Notes: generated by a model not told the origin, from the letters alone. Counted from the stretch's first letter, positions 9,474 through 19,725 are shown. The stretch is 64,000 nucleotides of DNA from Nannocystis bainbridge (GCF_028368995.1 NZ_JAQNDL010000003.1:2496001-2560000); one strand, 5' to 3'. A program made the numbers and translations.

Positions 9474-11118
9474 GCACCTGGATCCCCTGCACCCCGGCGA
9501 GCACCGTCAGCTCGGCCTCGGTCTCGACCCCGGAAGTCTCGGCCTCGATGGTGTCGACGATGCGGAAGCGAGCCCGCATCTCGGTGCGAGTGAGGTCGAT
9601 CGTGACGTAGCCGCGCGAGTGGGCGTTGAAGTATTTAATTTGGGGGATCGTGCTGACGAGCTGCTCGATGGTCTCGGGCGGGACGTCGGTCTCCGAGCTC
9701 GAGGTGATCGAGGTGGTGACGATCTCGACCGCGACCACCGGCGCGTTGGTGTCGCCCGCGGTGGCGTTGAGGTCGGCCATGCCGCCGACGTGCAGGTCGC
9801 CGGCCAGGATCACCACGTTGCCCAGCTCCTCGGCGGCGAGGAAATCGAGCATGCGCTGGCGCGCCTTCGGGTAGCCGTCCCACTGGTCCCAGTTGATGAG
9901 CAGCCCGCTGAAGTCGACCTTTGAAAACACGATCTGCTGGGCGATGAGCTTCCAGATCGCCGGCGACGCCACCAGCCCCGCGGTCAACCACGCCTCCTGC
10001 TCCGGCCCGAGCATGTCGCCGTCCTCGGTCTCGAGCTCGCCGCAGTCCTCGCCCGGGTCGTCCATGCAAAGCTGGTCGGTGCGGTACTGGCGGGTGTCGA
10101 GCAGGAACAGCTCGGCCAGGTCGCCCCATGCGAAGCTGCGGTAGATCGTCAGCCCCTCCGGCGTCGGCGGGGCCACGCGGATCGGCATGTGCTCGTAGAA
10201 GGCCTGGTAGGCGGCGGTCCTGCGGGCCAGGAATTCGGGATCGTCGACCGCCGAGATGTCGGCCACGTAGTTGTTGTCGACCTCGTGGTCGTCCCAGATC
10301 ACCGCCCACGGGAACCGGTGGTGCGCCGCCTGCAGCTGGGTGTCGCCGCGGTACAGCGCGTAGCGATTGCGATAGTCGAGCAGCGTGCGGCACTCCTCGC
10401 TCATGTGCGAGCGCACCGGGCCGCTGTCGCCGTTCTCGTAGATGTAGTCGCCGAGGAACAGCACCAGGTCGAGCTCCTCGGCGGCCAGGTGAGCGTAGGC
10501 GGTGTAGTAACCGGTGGTGAACCGCTGGCAGCTTGCCGAGGCCAGGCGCAGCCGCTCGGGCGCGCTGTCCGGGGCCGGCAGGGTGCGCGTGCGGCCGACC
10601 GGGCTGGTGAATTCGCCGACGTGGAAGCGATAGAAGTACCAGCGGTCGGGCTCCAGGCCGGACGCGTCGACGTGCAACGAGTGGGCGAAGGTCGGGTCGG
10701 CGATCGCCTCGCCGCTGGCGACGATGTCGGCGAACGCGTCGTCGGTGGCGACCTCCCATGCGACCGCGAACGCGACTTCGGGCATGCCGCCGCCAGTCCG
10801 CGGATCGGGCGCGAGGCGGGTCCAGAGGATCACGCGATCGGCGAGCGGATCTCCCGACGCGACCCCGAGCGTGAACGGCGGCCCCGGCAGCGCCGGCTCG
10901 CCGGTGGTGCCGGTCGTCGTCGGCGCGCTCGTCGTCGGCTCGCCCGCAGTGGTGCTGCCGCCGGTGGTCGAGCTGCTGTGCCCGCCGGTGCCCTCGGTGC
11001 CCCCGGCGACCCCGCCGCACGCGCTCGCCGAGGCCGCGGCGACCACCTGCCACAGGAATTCACGGCGCGTCGGCGCGGTGCGAGGTCGCGGGCGGGGCGG
11101 GCGCGGCGGAGAGCTCAT
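9469..11118 (-). CDS. phoD: Alkaline phosphatase D, Tat-exported (lipo)protein
   Basis: TRREFL Tat motif, FTLGVASGDP..DRVILWTR, GDYIYE, WDDHEV.NN, LDTRQYR, WDGY, GDLH. Confidence 0.93.
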   Translation of the reverse strand: MSSPPRPPRPRPRTAPTRREFLWQVVAAASASACGGVAGGTEGTGGHSSSTTGGSTTAGEPTTSAPTTTGTTGEPALPGPPFTLGVASGDPLADRVILWTRLAPDPRTGGGMPEVAFAVAWEVATDDAFADIVASGEAIADPTFAHSLHVDASGLEPDRWYFYRFHVGEFTSPVGRTRTLPAPDSAPERLRLASASCQRFTTGYYTAYAHLAAEELDLVLFLGDYIYENGDSGPVRSHMSEECRTLLDYRNRYALYRGDTQLQAAHHRFPWAVIWDDHEVDNNYVADISAVDDPEFLARRTAAYQAFYEHMPIRVAPPTPEGLTIYRSFAWGDLAELFLLDTRQYRTDQLCMDDPGEDCGELETEDGDMLGPEQEAWLTAGLVASPAIWKLIAQQIVFSKVDFSGLLINWDQWDGYPKARQRMLDFLAAEELGNVVILAGDLHVGGMADLNATAGDTNAPVVAVEIVTTSITSSSETDVPPETIEQLVSTIPQIKYFNAHSRGYVTIDLTRTEMRARFRIVDTIEAETSGVETEAELTVLAGVQGIQVP

Positions 11119-11224
11119 GCGCCGCCAGGATAGCGGAACGCGCGCCCCGCCGGTCCCGGGCGCGTCGCGGCCGCGTGACAACCGCGAGCGCGCCCGCCTC
11201 GCTGCCTCGGTACACTCGCCCGGC

Positions 11225-13084
11225 ATGCGTGTCTCGCCGCTCCTCCTCGCCCTCGCGCTCGGGGGCGCGTGTGCGACGGCCGTCGCTGCCCCCGCGCCGA
11301 CGTCCGCCGAGTGGTCGGCGCGCGAGCGCAAGCAATTGGTGCAGTACGAGGTGGCCCTCGCCGCTCCCGAGTCGCGCTGGCTCGAGATCGTCATGACCGT
11401 CGAGCAGCCTCGCGGTCGTCGCAGCGACGTCGCCCTGCCGGCGTGGATCCCCGGCTCTTATTTGATCCGCGACTTCGCCCGCAACCTCGACGGGATCGAG
11501 GTCACCGACGTCGCCGGGGTGTCGCTGCCGGCCGAGCGCCTGGACAAACAGACATGGCGCATCGGACATGGCGGAAAGAGCTTCCGCGCCCGCTACCGGG
11601 TGTGGGCCGACGAGCCCGGGGTGCGCACCAGCGTGGTCGACGACCGCCACGCGACCCTCAACGGCGCCGGCCTGTTCCTCTACCTCGTCGGCGAGACGGC
11701 GCGCCCGGCCGAGCTGCGCTTCACCGGCCTGCCGAAGGACTGGACCGTGCACGCCGCCCTGCCGCAGCCGACCCCTGGCACCCTGCGCGCGGCCTCCTAC
11801 GACGTCCTGGTCGACTCGCCGCTCGAGCTCGGCACGCCGGTGGTCCACGCGTGGGACGAGGGCGGCGCGCGCATCGAGCTGGTGTTCTCGGCCCCGGCCG
11901 GCAGCAACGCCGACCCCGAGCGGCTGGCCCGCGAGCTCAAGCCGCTGGTCCACGCCTTCGCGGTGGCGATGGGCGGCCTGCCGACCTCGCGCTACGTGTT
12001 CTTGATGCTCGCCGACGAGAAGGGCGACGGCGGGCTCGAGCACGCCGACAGCACGCTCATGCGTGTCCCGAGGGACATGTTCCAGGACGACGGCGGCTAC
12101 CGCCGCGCGCTCCACCTCGCCGGCCACGAGTTCTTCCACCTGTGGAACGCCAAGCGACTGCGCGACGCGGCGCTGGTGCCCTACGACTACGCGCGCGAGG
12201 ATTACAGCCGGCTCCTGTGGTTCCACGAGGGCTTCACCGAGACGATCGAGAACCAGATGCTGGTGCGCGCCGGGGCGACCACGCCGGACGAGTTCTTGCG
12301 CGAGCTCGCGGGCGCGTGGACGGCCTACTTGCAGAAGCCCGGGCGCAACCACGTGCCGCTGACGCAGGCCAGCGTCGAGGCGTGGGTCAAGCAGTACAAG
12401 CCGTCGCCGGGCCACCACGACACCACCATCAGCTACTACGAGAAGGGCCACCTCGCCGGCGTCTGCCTCGACCTCGAGCTGCGCCTGCGCTCGCATGGCA
12501 AGGGCTCGCTGGTCGGGCTGTTCCGCCGCCTGATGACCAGCCACGGCGCGCGCGGCAAGGGCATCACCTTCGACGACGTCGTCGCCGCCGCCTCGGCCGA
12601 AGCCGGCAGCGACGTGCGCGACTTCTTCCGCCGCTACGTCGAGGGCACCGACGAGCTTCCGCTTCCCGCGCAGCTGGCGCGAATGGGTGTCGAGGTCGAG
12701 ATTCGCGCGCCGTCGGCGAGTGAGTCATCGCCGCTGGCGGCCCGCCGCAAACAGGGCTGGTCCGGGCTCCTCTTCAACGACAGCGGCATCCGCAGCGTCG
12801 CCCTCGGCTCGCCCGCAGCGCTCGCGGGTCTGCTGCCCGGCGACGAGATCGTCGCCGTCGCCGCCCGCCGCACCCGCACCGCCGAAGAGGCCGCCGAGCG
12901 CCTGATGGACCACGCTCCCGGCCAGTCGGTCGAAGTCGCCCTCTTCCGCGGCGGCCGCCTGCTGCAGCGCACCCTCACGATCGCCGAGGACCCACGAAAG
13001 CTGGTCCGCTTCGCCGTTTCACCGACAGCAGAGTCTGCTGTCCGCGCCCTCCGCGACGCCTGGCTCTCGACTTCGCCGAAGTGA
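11225..13084 (+). CDS. M61 glycyl aminopeptidase with C-terminal PDZ domain
   Basis: Signal peptide, PAWIPGSY, GGLEHADS, HEFFHLWN, LWFHEGFT, SYYEKG, and a PDZ segment GSPAALAGLLPGDEIVAV. Confidence 0.92.
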   Translation: MRVSPLLLALALGGACATAVAAPAPTSAEWSARERKQLVQYEVALAAPESRWLEIVMTVEQPRGRRSDVALPAWIPGSYLIRDFARNLDGIEVTDVAGVSLPAERLDKQTWRIGHGGKSFRARYRVWADEPGVRTSVVDDRHATLNGAGLFLYLVGETARPAELRFTGLPKDWTVHAALPQPTPGTLRAASYDVLVDSPLELGTPVVHAWDEGGARIELVFSAPAGSNADPERLARELKPLVHAFAVAMGGLPTSRYVFLMLADEKGDGGLEHADSTLMRVPRDMFQDDGGYRRALHLAGHEFFHLWNAKRLRDAALVPYDYAREDYSRLLWFHEGFTETIENQMLVRAGATTPDEFLRELAGAWTAYLQKPGRNHVPLTQASVEAWVKQYKPSPGHHDTTISYYEKGHLAGVCLDLELRLRSHGKGSLVGLFRRLMTSHGARGKGITFDDVVAAASAEAGSDVRDFFRRYVEGTDELPLPAQLARMGVEVEIRAPSASESSPLAARRKQGWSGLLFNDSGIRSVALGSPAALAGLLPGDEIVAVAARRTRTAEEAAERLMDHAPGQSVEVALFRGGRLLQRTLTIAEDPRKLVRFAVSPTAESAVRALRDAWLSTSPK

Positions 13085-13209
13085 CGCGCGCTCCCGCCAG
13101 CGATCACCTAGGGGCGCGCGCGTGAGGTGTGCTTCATGATGTCCCAAGAGACATATCATGACAATCGCCGGCCCTGCGGCCGCGGTGATTCTGCGATTAC
13201 CATGATGGT

Positions 13210-14253
13210 ATGGACAGCGCGCATCCCGGGGCCCCCGGAGAGCTCGAGCCCTTGCTCTCGCCGGCCGACCGGCGCGACCCCACGCTCCGCCTCCGCAGCT
13301 GCCTCCGCGCCGACGACCTGATCGGTCGCTCGCCGCCGATGGTCGAGCTGCTGCGTCAGCTCTCGCAGCTCGCCCCGCTCGACGTCTCGGTCCTGCTCAC
13401 CGGCCCCTCGGGCACCGGCAAGACCCACATCGCCCGCGTCATCCATGCCTCGAGCCCGCGCGCCGCCGCCGGCAAGTTCGTCGAGCTGAGCTGCGCCAAC
13501 CTGCCCGACAGCCTCGTCGAGAACGAGCTGTTCGGCGCCGCCCCCGGGGCCCACTCGACCGCGATCAAGGCCGTCGAGGGCAAAGTGTTCGCCGCCCACG
13601 GCGGCACCCTGCTGTTCGACGAGATCGCCGAGCTGTCGCTGCCGGCCCAGGCCAAGCTGCTGCAACTGCTGCAGTCGCGCGAGTACTACCCGCTCGGCGC
13701 CAGCCGCCCGCGCGCCGCCGACGTGCGGGTGATCGCCGCCACCAACTGCGACCTCAAGGCCCGCGTCGCCCGCCGCGAGTTCCGCGAGGACCTCTATTAT
13801 CGCCTCCACGTGGTGCCGATCCGCGTGCCGTCGCTGACCGAGCGGCGCGACGACATCCCCGAGCTGGCTCAGCACTTCTGCGTGCGCGCCTGCGTGCGCC
13901 ACCGCCTGCCGCCGCTGCACCTGTCCCAATGGACACTCGTGTCGGCCCAGGCCGCCTGCTGGCCCGGCAACATCCGCGAGCTCGCCAACGCCGTCGAGGC
14001 CGCCGTCATCCGCGCCGCCGGCGAGGACTCGCGCGAGGTCGAGACGCGCCACCTGTTCCCCGCGCGCGAGCACGACCACGAGTCCGCCGGCCCGCTCAAC
14101 TATCGCGAGGCCCTGCGTTGCTTTCAGACCCAGCTGGTCCGCGGCACGCTCGTGGACAGCAATTGGAACGTGGCCGAGGCGGCGCGCCGCCTCGCCGTCA
14201 CGCGCGCGCACATGTACAACTTGATGCAGACGCTCGACATCTCGCGGCCGTGA
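13210..14253 (+). CDS. Sigma54-dependent enhancer-binding protein (AAA+ plus Fis-type HTH) without a sensory domain
   Basis: GPSGTGKT, ENELFG, GGTLLFDEI, FREDLYYRL, WPGNIREL, NWNVAEAARRL. The GAFTGA loop reads GAHSTA. Confidence 0.9.
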   Translation: MDSAHPGAPGELEPLLSPADRRDPTLRLRSCLRADDLIGRSPPMVELLRQLSQLAPLDVSVLLTGPSGTGKTHIARVIHASSPRAAAGKFVELSCANLPDSLVENELFGAAPGAHSTAIKAVEGKVFAAHGGTLLFDEIAELSLPAQAKLLQLLQSREYYPLGASRPRAADVRVIAATNCDLKARVARREFREDLYYRLHVVPIRVPSLTERRDDIPELAQHFCVRACVRHRLPPLHLSQWTLVSAQAACWPGNIRELANAVEAAVIRAAGEDSREVETRHLFPAREHDHESAGPLNYREALRCFQTQLVRGTLVDSNWNVAEAARRLAVTRAHMYNLMQTLDISRP

Positions 14254-14634
14254 TCGCCGACCTCGACGCCGCGGCGTGACGCCGCGAACTCGCGCCGACG
14301 CGCGTGACGACCGTGTCGGCGAACTCCATGCGGCCCTCGATCACCGAGCTCGACGATGCGACGACGCTCGTCGCTAGCTGCCGCGCGCATGGATCCGTGG
14401 AGACCCTGTCCAGGCGACATGACATCCTCACGACCAGCACCTCGCCGCGGGCGCGTCCGCGCGGCGATTCGCCCCACCCGTCCCCGCGGGACCCCGCGAC
14501 CCCGCTCGATCCTGCGGAGATCCAGCAGATCGGGCCGAACCCTGCGTCCACTCCGCTGGACACCCGCGGACGCCTGTCGTCACCGGCTCTGGACAACGAA
14601 CCCGCGCACGACCGCGAGCGCGTCGTCGCCGGCC

Positions 14635-14650
14635 TGGAACGTGTTCTGCA
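14635..14650 (+). promoter_or_regulatory. Candidate sigma54 (-24/-12) promoter
   Basis: TGGAACGTGTTCTGCA has GG-N10-GC spacing, lies 20 nt upstream of ATG 14671 and sits next to an EBP gene. Confidence 0.55.
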
Positions 14651-14670
14651 CTCCACTCTGCCAGGCCGTC

Positions 14671-15837
14671 ATGCGTCACCGTGCGACCCTCAGTTCACCT
14701 GTCCCTTCGACCAGATTCTCAGTGCGCGAGCGAGACCTCCGCGGCGAGCCGGTCGACCTCGACGCCACGCCGTCGGCGGTGCGCGTCGAGCTGCTCGGCG
14801 GAGCGCGCACGTTCGGCGTCACCGTGGTCCCGGCCGAGGCCGAGCCGGCCGCGGCGACGCTGACGGGCGCCCACCGGGCCGCCGCGCTGCGCGACCTCGA
14901 CGCCGCGCCCGGGACCCCGGAGCTGGCGCTGCTCCTCTATGTGGCGCTGCAGCGGGCGCGGATCTGGCGGCGCACGGCGGTGGTCAGCGCGGAGCCGTCG
15001 CTGGCGGCGGCGCCGATGCAGCTGTCGGCGCTGGCGCTGCGCGGGCTGCGAGCGGCGCCGCTCGACGAGGCCATGCACCGCCTGTTCGCCGCCTGCGACG
15101 ACGACGGGCGCGCGCTGTCGACGGGTCGCTTCGGCGCCGAGGCGACCGCCTGCCTGTCGCGCCACGCCGAGAGCTTCGCCGAGAACGCCTGGTGCCGGGC
15201 CGTGCACGCCGGCCGCCTCGCGCGCGAGCAGTACGTCGCCACCCTCGCCAACACCCATCAGTACGTCCGCTACACCCCGCGCCTGCTGGCCCGCGCGATC
15301 TCGGTGTGCGACGACGAACCGCTGCGCGACCACTTCACCCGCCACTTCCGCGGCGAACAGAAGCACGACCGCCTCATCGAGGCCGACCTCCGCTACCTCG
15401 AGGCCGACGTCGAATTCGTGCTGCGCGCGATGGTCCCGTGGGGCCCGACGCTCGCGTTCATGAGCGTGCAAGAGAGCATGGTCGCGTTCCACCAGGACCT
15501 CACCTGCTTCCTCGCCGCCCCGTTCGTCGCCGAGGGCCTGGCCGCTCGCGTCGGCCCGCTCGTCCTCGACGACCTCGCCGGCAACATCCGCCGCTGGGGC
15601 TACCGCGAGCCCGCCCGCGCGACCCGCTTCCTCGTCAGCCACGCGCGCGAGGACGGCGGCGACGATGGCCACTGGAGCGCCACGCTCGCCGTGCTCGCCC
15701 GTCAGCTGCGCGACGACACCACCCAGCAACGCTTCCTCGCCGCTCTTCACCTGGCCGCCGACGCCTTTACCGCCAGCTATGACGCCTATGTCGAATATCT
15801 CACCCTCTTCACCCCACCCCTCCTCGCTGACCCTTGA
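14671..15837 (+). CDS. Heme-oxygenase-like (TenA/PqqC/CADD fold) putative diiron redox enzyme with N-terminal extension
   Basis: Helical C-terminal domain: Y...L..THQYVRYTP.LL, HFRGEQKHD..IEADL, VAEG, SHAREDG...GH metal-ligand pattern. Confidence 0.7.
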   Translation: MRHRATLSSPVPSTRFSVRERDLRGEPVDLDATPSAVRVELLGGARTFGVTVVPAEAEPAAATLTGAHRAAALRDLDAAPGTPELALLLYVALQRARIWRRTAVVSAEPSLAAAPMQLSALALRGLRAAPLDEAMHRLFAACDDDGRALSTGRFGAEATACLSRHAESFAENAWCRAVHAGRLAREQYVATLANTHQYVRYTPRLLARAISVCDDEPLRDHFTRHFRGEQKHDRLIEADLRYLEADVEFVLRAMVPWGPTLAFMSVQESMVAFHQDLTCFLAAPFVAEGLAARVGPLVLDDLAGNIRRWGYREPARATRFLVSHAREDGGDDGHWSATLAVLARQLRDDTTQQRFLAALHLAADAFTASYDAYVEYLTLFTPPLLADP

Positions 15838-16441
15838 AGCCTTCTGCGCCGCCGAGCGCCCCGACCTCGCCGAACTCTATTGCCTCGGTCAGGTCGAGAG
15901 CTACCGGCGCCACCCCGGCAGCGTCGCCGCGCTGTGGACCGTGCAGCTCGCCGAGGCCTTCGTCGTGCTGGCCCGCGCCCGCGACGGCACCGCCGCCGGC
16001 GGCATGCGCGTGCACCTGCGCCGGCCCGGCTCGCCGCTGCCGGTCGAGCAGGCCCTCGCGGCGGCCTGTCCCATCGAACAGGCGGTCGCGCGCGCCCGCG
16101 GCCCGCTGGTCGAGCTGTGCGGCACGTGGGTCGCGGCCGCGTGGCGCCGCACCGACCTCGCCGCGGCCCTGACCGGCGCCACCCTGGCGGTCGCCCGAGC
16201 CCTCGGGGCGGCGCAGATCGTCGGCTGCGCCCACCAGCACGTCATCGACCTCTACCGCCGCTTCGGCGCGGTCGTCGACGAGACGCTCGGCGTTCACGCC
16301 TACCCCGACCCGCGCTACCAGACCTGCGTGTTCTGGGCCGACCCGTTCGCCTGTCCCGAAGGCCAGCTCGTCGCGGCCTGGTCCGAAGCCCTGCGCGCCG
16401 GCCCCAGCGTCGAATTCGCGCCGCTGCCGCTCGCGGCCTGA
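15788..16441 (+). CDS. GNAT-fold N-acyltransferase (FeeM/LuxI-like)
   Basis: GGMRVH, LPVE, VELCGTWV, HVIDLYRRFG, YPDPRY. Overlaps the upstream CDS by 50 nt. Confidence 0.6.
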   Translation: MSNISPSSPHPSSLTLEAFCAAERPDLAELYCLGQVESYRRHPGSVAALWTVQLAEAFVVLARARDGTAAGGMRVHLRRPGSPLPVEQALAAACPIEQAVARARGPLVELCGTWVAAAWRRTDLAAALTGATLAVARALGAAQIVGCAHQHVIDLYRRFGAVVDETLGVHAYPDPRYQTCVFWADPFACPEGQLVAAWSEALRAGPSVEFAPLPLAA

Positions 16442-16660
16442 ACGCCTGCGCCGCGCTGCGAGCAGCCCCTCGCAGCGCGGCGCACACAAAGATCGGCGAG
16501 ATGACTCTCGCAGGCCGACGCTCGCCGCAGAGCGACGGAAGCTTCCGCAGGCGGCGGGATGCCTGTCGCAGGGAGGCGAAAGGACGCCTCCCGAAGAGCG
16601 ACGCGCGCCGCTCTCGAGGCAACAGCCCCGCGGGGCCAACAGAGTCTACTGACTCTCACG

Positions 16661-16758
16661 ACATGTCCTTTACAACATGTCCTTTACAACATGTCCTTTA
16701 CAACATGCCCTTTATAACATGCCCGTTCGGACATGCCCCATGCAGCATGTCCGAACGG
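16661..16758. repeat. 14-bp repeat array (7 units, first 3 identical)
   Basis: acatgtcctttaca x3/acatgccctttata/acatgcccgttcgg/acatgccccatgca/gcatgtccgaacgg. Confidence 0.92.
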
Positions 16759-16795
16759 TCACGCGCGACGCCACGCCGGCCCGGCCTCCGCGGCC

Positions 16796-17752
16796 TCAGG
16801 CGTCGTGCTCGACGCGGCGGATGAACGCCTCGAGGATCGCCGACACCTCGGCCGCCTGCTCGCGATGGGCCCAGTGGTTGGCGTCGAGGCGGTGCACCTC
16901 GAGGTCCGCGGCCACCTCGGAGATGTCGTCGTAGACCTCGGGGCGCAGCGCGAAGTCGTGGGTCGGCACCATCAGGCAGGTCGGCACCTCGACCGGGCGC
17001 AGCTGCGGCCGGCGGATCAGCACCTGGCGGTACAGCGCCAGCGGCGTCAGGGCCGCCTTGCGCGTGCCCTCGGCGTCGAACTCGCGCAGCAGCGGGTCCT
17101 CCTTCGGCACCCCGCCGGCGCGCAGGGCCCGGACCCACGCTTTGGGGAACTGGCGGCCGATGACCTGCTCCGGCAGCCACGGCAGCTGGAAGAACAGGAT
17201 GTACCAGCTGCGCCGCAGCTGATCGAACAAGAACCCGAGCCGACGCGGCGAGCGGGCCGCGCGGATCAGGCTGCGCTGAAACAGCCCCGGGTGCGGCCCG
17301 GCCAGCACCGACAGCGAGCGCAGCCTTCGGGCGTAACGCGGCTCCTCGGCGAACATCCACGCCAGCGCCCCGCCCCAGTCGTGCGCCACCAGGTGGACCT
17401 GTCCTTCGGGACCGGCGACCTCGTCGATCACCGCCTCGATGTCGGCGAGGTAGCGCGCGAACGCGTAGCTCCCGGCCCCCGTCGGCGCCGTCGAGCGCCC
17501 CACCCCGCGCTGGTCGAACGCCGCCACCGGGTGCGTCTGCCCCAGCGAGGCCATCTGCAGCGACCACGTGTCGGCCGTGTCGGGGTAGCCGTGCAGGAAC
17601 AGCACCGGCGTGCGGCGCTCGCCGCGATCCTCCGCGCGGCTGCGCACGACATGGAGCGAGACGTCGTCGTGGGCCACGAACACGTGCTCGAGGCGAGCGA
17701 GCTCGGCATGAGAAGCGGCGCGGGCGTGGTCGTCGTCGGGGCGTCCTGACAT
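16796..17752 (-). CDS. Alpha/beta hydrolase (epoxide hydrolase-like)
   Basis: LHGYPD, DQRGVGRS, AHDWGG, SWYILFFQLP, C-terminal NHW. Confidence 0.9.
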   Translation of the reverse strand: MSGRPDDDHARAASHAELARLEHVFVAHDDVSLHVVRSRAEDRGERRTPVLFLHGYPDTADTWSLQMASLGQTHPVAAFDQRGVGRSTAPTGAGSYAFARYLADIEAVIDEVAGPEGQVHLVAHDWGGALAWMFAEEPRYARRLRSLSVLAGPHPGLFQRSLIRAARSPRRLGFLFDQLRRSWYILFFQLPWLPEQVIGRQFPKAWVRALRAGGVPKEDPLLREFDAEGTRKAALTPLALYRQVLIRRPQLRPVEVPTCLMVPTHDFALRPEVYDDISEVAADLEVHRLDANHWAHREQAAEVSAILEAFIRRVEHDA

Positions 17753-17822
17753 GGCCGCGCAAGCTTACACACCCCGGCGCGGACTTGCATGCCGGGCCGG
17801 TCGGGCCAAAGCTCGATCCCCG

Positions 17823-18878
17823 ATGACCCATCCGGCCCGCTACTGGCACCGCGAGGGCGAGCGCATCGTCTGCACCGCCTGCCCGCGGCTGTGCACGATG
17901 TCCGAGGGGCAGCACGGCTTCTGCTACGTGCGCAAGCACGAGGACGGCCGCCTGGTGTCGCTCGCCTACGGCAAGCCCAACGCCGTCGCCGTCGACCCGA
18001 TCGAGAAGAAGCCGCTGTGGCACTTCTTGCCCGGCACCACGATCCTCAGCATGGGCACCGCCGGCTGCAACCTCGGCTGCCGCTTCTGCCAGAACTGGGA
18101 CCTGTCGAAGGCCAAGTCGCACCACAAGCGCGCGCTCGAGCTGAGCCCCGAAGACGTGCCCGTGCTGGCCCGCCGCGAGGGCGCCGCCTCGGTCGCCTTC
18201 ACGTACAACGACCCGACGATCTACCCCGAGTACGTCATCGACGCCGCGCGGGCCGCTCGCGCCGCCGGGGTCGCGGCCGTCGGCGTCACCGCCGGCTACA
18301 TCTCCGACGCCGCGCGCGCCGACATGTACCCCGAGCTCGACGCCCTCAACATCGACCTCAAGGGCTTCAGCGAGCGCTTCTATCACAAGCTGACCTTCTC
18401 GCACCTGCAACCCGTGCTCGAGACCATCGAGTGGTCGGTCAAGCGCGGCCTGTGGGTCGAGCTGACCACGCTCGTGATCCCCGGCCACAACGACGACCCC
18501 GAGGAGCTGCGGGCCCAGTTCCGCTGGATCGCCGACCACGTCGGGCCCGACGTCCCGCTCCACCTCACCGCCTTTCACCCCGACTACAAGCTGCAGGACA
18601 TCCCGGCGACGCCGCCCGAGACCCTGATCCGCGCCCGCGACGAGGCCCGCGCGTTCGGCCTGCGCTTCGTCTACACGGGCAATATCTGGGACCGCGTCGG
18701 CTCCGTCACCGCGTGCCCGGGTTGCGACCTGCCGCTGATCGAGCGTCGCTGGCATGCCGTCACCGCCAACCGCGTCAAGGCCGACGGCACCTGCCCCGGC
18801 TGCGGCGCCAAAGTCCCCGGCGTGTTCGACGATCGCAGCCAGTCGACCTCCGGCGGCCGCCGCTATCATTTGCTCTGA
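17823..18878 (+). CDS. amrS: AmmeMemoRadiSam system radical SAM enzyme
   Basis: N-terminal CTACPRLC...GFC.VR, DPIEKKPL.HF, GCNLGCRFCQNW, FTYNDP, FHPDYK, C-terminal CPGC twice. Confidence 0.93.
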   Translation: MTHPARYWHREGERIVCTACPRLCTMSEGQHGFCYVRKHEDGRLVSLAYGKPNAVAVDPIEKKPLWHFLPGTTILSMGTAGCNLGCRFCQNWDLSKAKSHHKRALELSPEDVPVLARREGAASVAFTYNDPTIYPEYVIDAARAARAAGVAAVGVTAGYISDAARADMYPELDALNIDLKGFSERFYHKLTFSHLQPVLETIEWSVKRGLWVELTTLVIPGHNDDPEELRAQFRWIADHVGPDVPLHLTAFHPDYKLQDIPATPPETLIRARDEARAFGLRFVYTGNIWDRVGSVTACPGCDLPLIERRWHAVTANRVKADGTCPGCGAKVPGVFDDRSQSTSGGRRYHLL

Positions 18879-18888
18879 ACTCCAAGCC

Positions 18889-19725
18889 ATGCCCCACCTC
18901 GAGCCGCACCGCCTGCCCGCCGTCGCCGACCGCTTCTACCCCGGAGACCCGCGCGCGCTTCACCGCGAGCTCGAGCGCTGCCTCGTCGCCGCCGTCGCGC
19001 CGGCGCCCGCGCGCATGATCCTCGCCCCGCACGCCGGCTACGTCTACAGCGGCGCCCTGGCCGGAAGGACATGGTCGCAAGTACATGTCCCGGAGCGCGT
19101 GATTGTGCTGTGCCCCAACCACACCGGCCGCGGCGTCCGGCGATCGATCTGGCCCGGCGGCGCCTGGGACACCCCGGACGGCCCGGTGCCGATCGCCGCC
19201 GACCTCACCGACGCCCTGGTGCGCCACGCCGGCCTCCAGCCCGACACCGCGGCGCACTTGCGCGAACACGCGATCGAGGTCCAGCTGCCGTTCCTGCGCG
19301 CCCGCAACCCCCGGGCCGAGATCGCCGCGGTGTGTCTCGGCGGCCTCGACCTCGTCGAGTGCCAGGCCGTCGGCCTCGGCGTCGCCGCGGCGATCCGCGA
19401 GCTCGAGCAGCGCGCCCCCGACTCGGCGCCGCAGGTGCTGCTGGCCGCCAGCAGCGACATGTCGCACTACACGAGCGCCGACGAGGCCGCCGCGCTCGAC
19501 CGCCTCGCGCTCGACCGCCTGCTCGCGCTCGACCCCGCGGGCCTCTACGAGACGGTCCAGCGCCACGAGATCAGCATGTGCGGGATCTTGCCGGCCACCG
19601 TGGCCCTGGTGGCGGCGCTCGAGCTCGGCGCGACCCGGGCCGAGCTGGTCGGCTACACGCACTCCGGAAAAGTCACCGGCGACACCGAGCGCGTGGTCGC
19701 CTACGCCGGCGCCGTCGTGCAATGA
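18889..19725 (+). CDS. amrB: AmmeMemoRadiSam system protein B (MEMO1 family)
   Basis: PAVADRFYP, PHAGYVYSG, PNHTG, EHAIEVQLPF, SSDMSHY, SMCG, VVAYA. Confidence 0.93.
   Translation: MPHLEPHRLPAVADRFYPGDPRALHRELERCLVAAVAPAPARMILAPHAGYVYSGALAGRTWSQVHVPERVIVLCPNHTGRGVRRSIWPGGAWDTPDGPVPIAADLTDALVRHAGLQPDTAAHLREHAIEVQLPFLRARNPRAEIAAVCLGGLDLVECQAVGLGVAAAIRELEQRAPDSAPQVLLAASSDMSHYTSADEAAALDRLALDRLLALDPAGLYETVQRHEISMCGILPATVALVAALELGATRAELVGYTHSGKVTGDTERVVAYAGAVVQ

Noticed and set aside
16661-16758. 14-bp arrays as a CRISPR array
   Set aside because: Units are directly tandem and too short, with no unique 30-40 nt spacers and no cas genes in the window.
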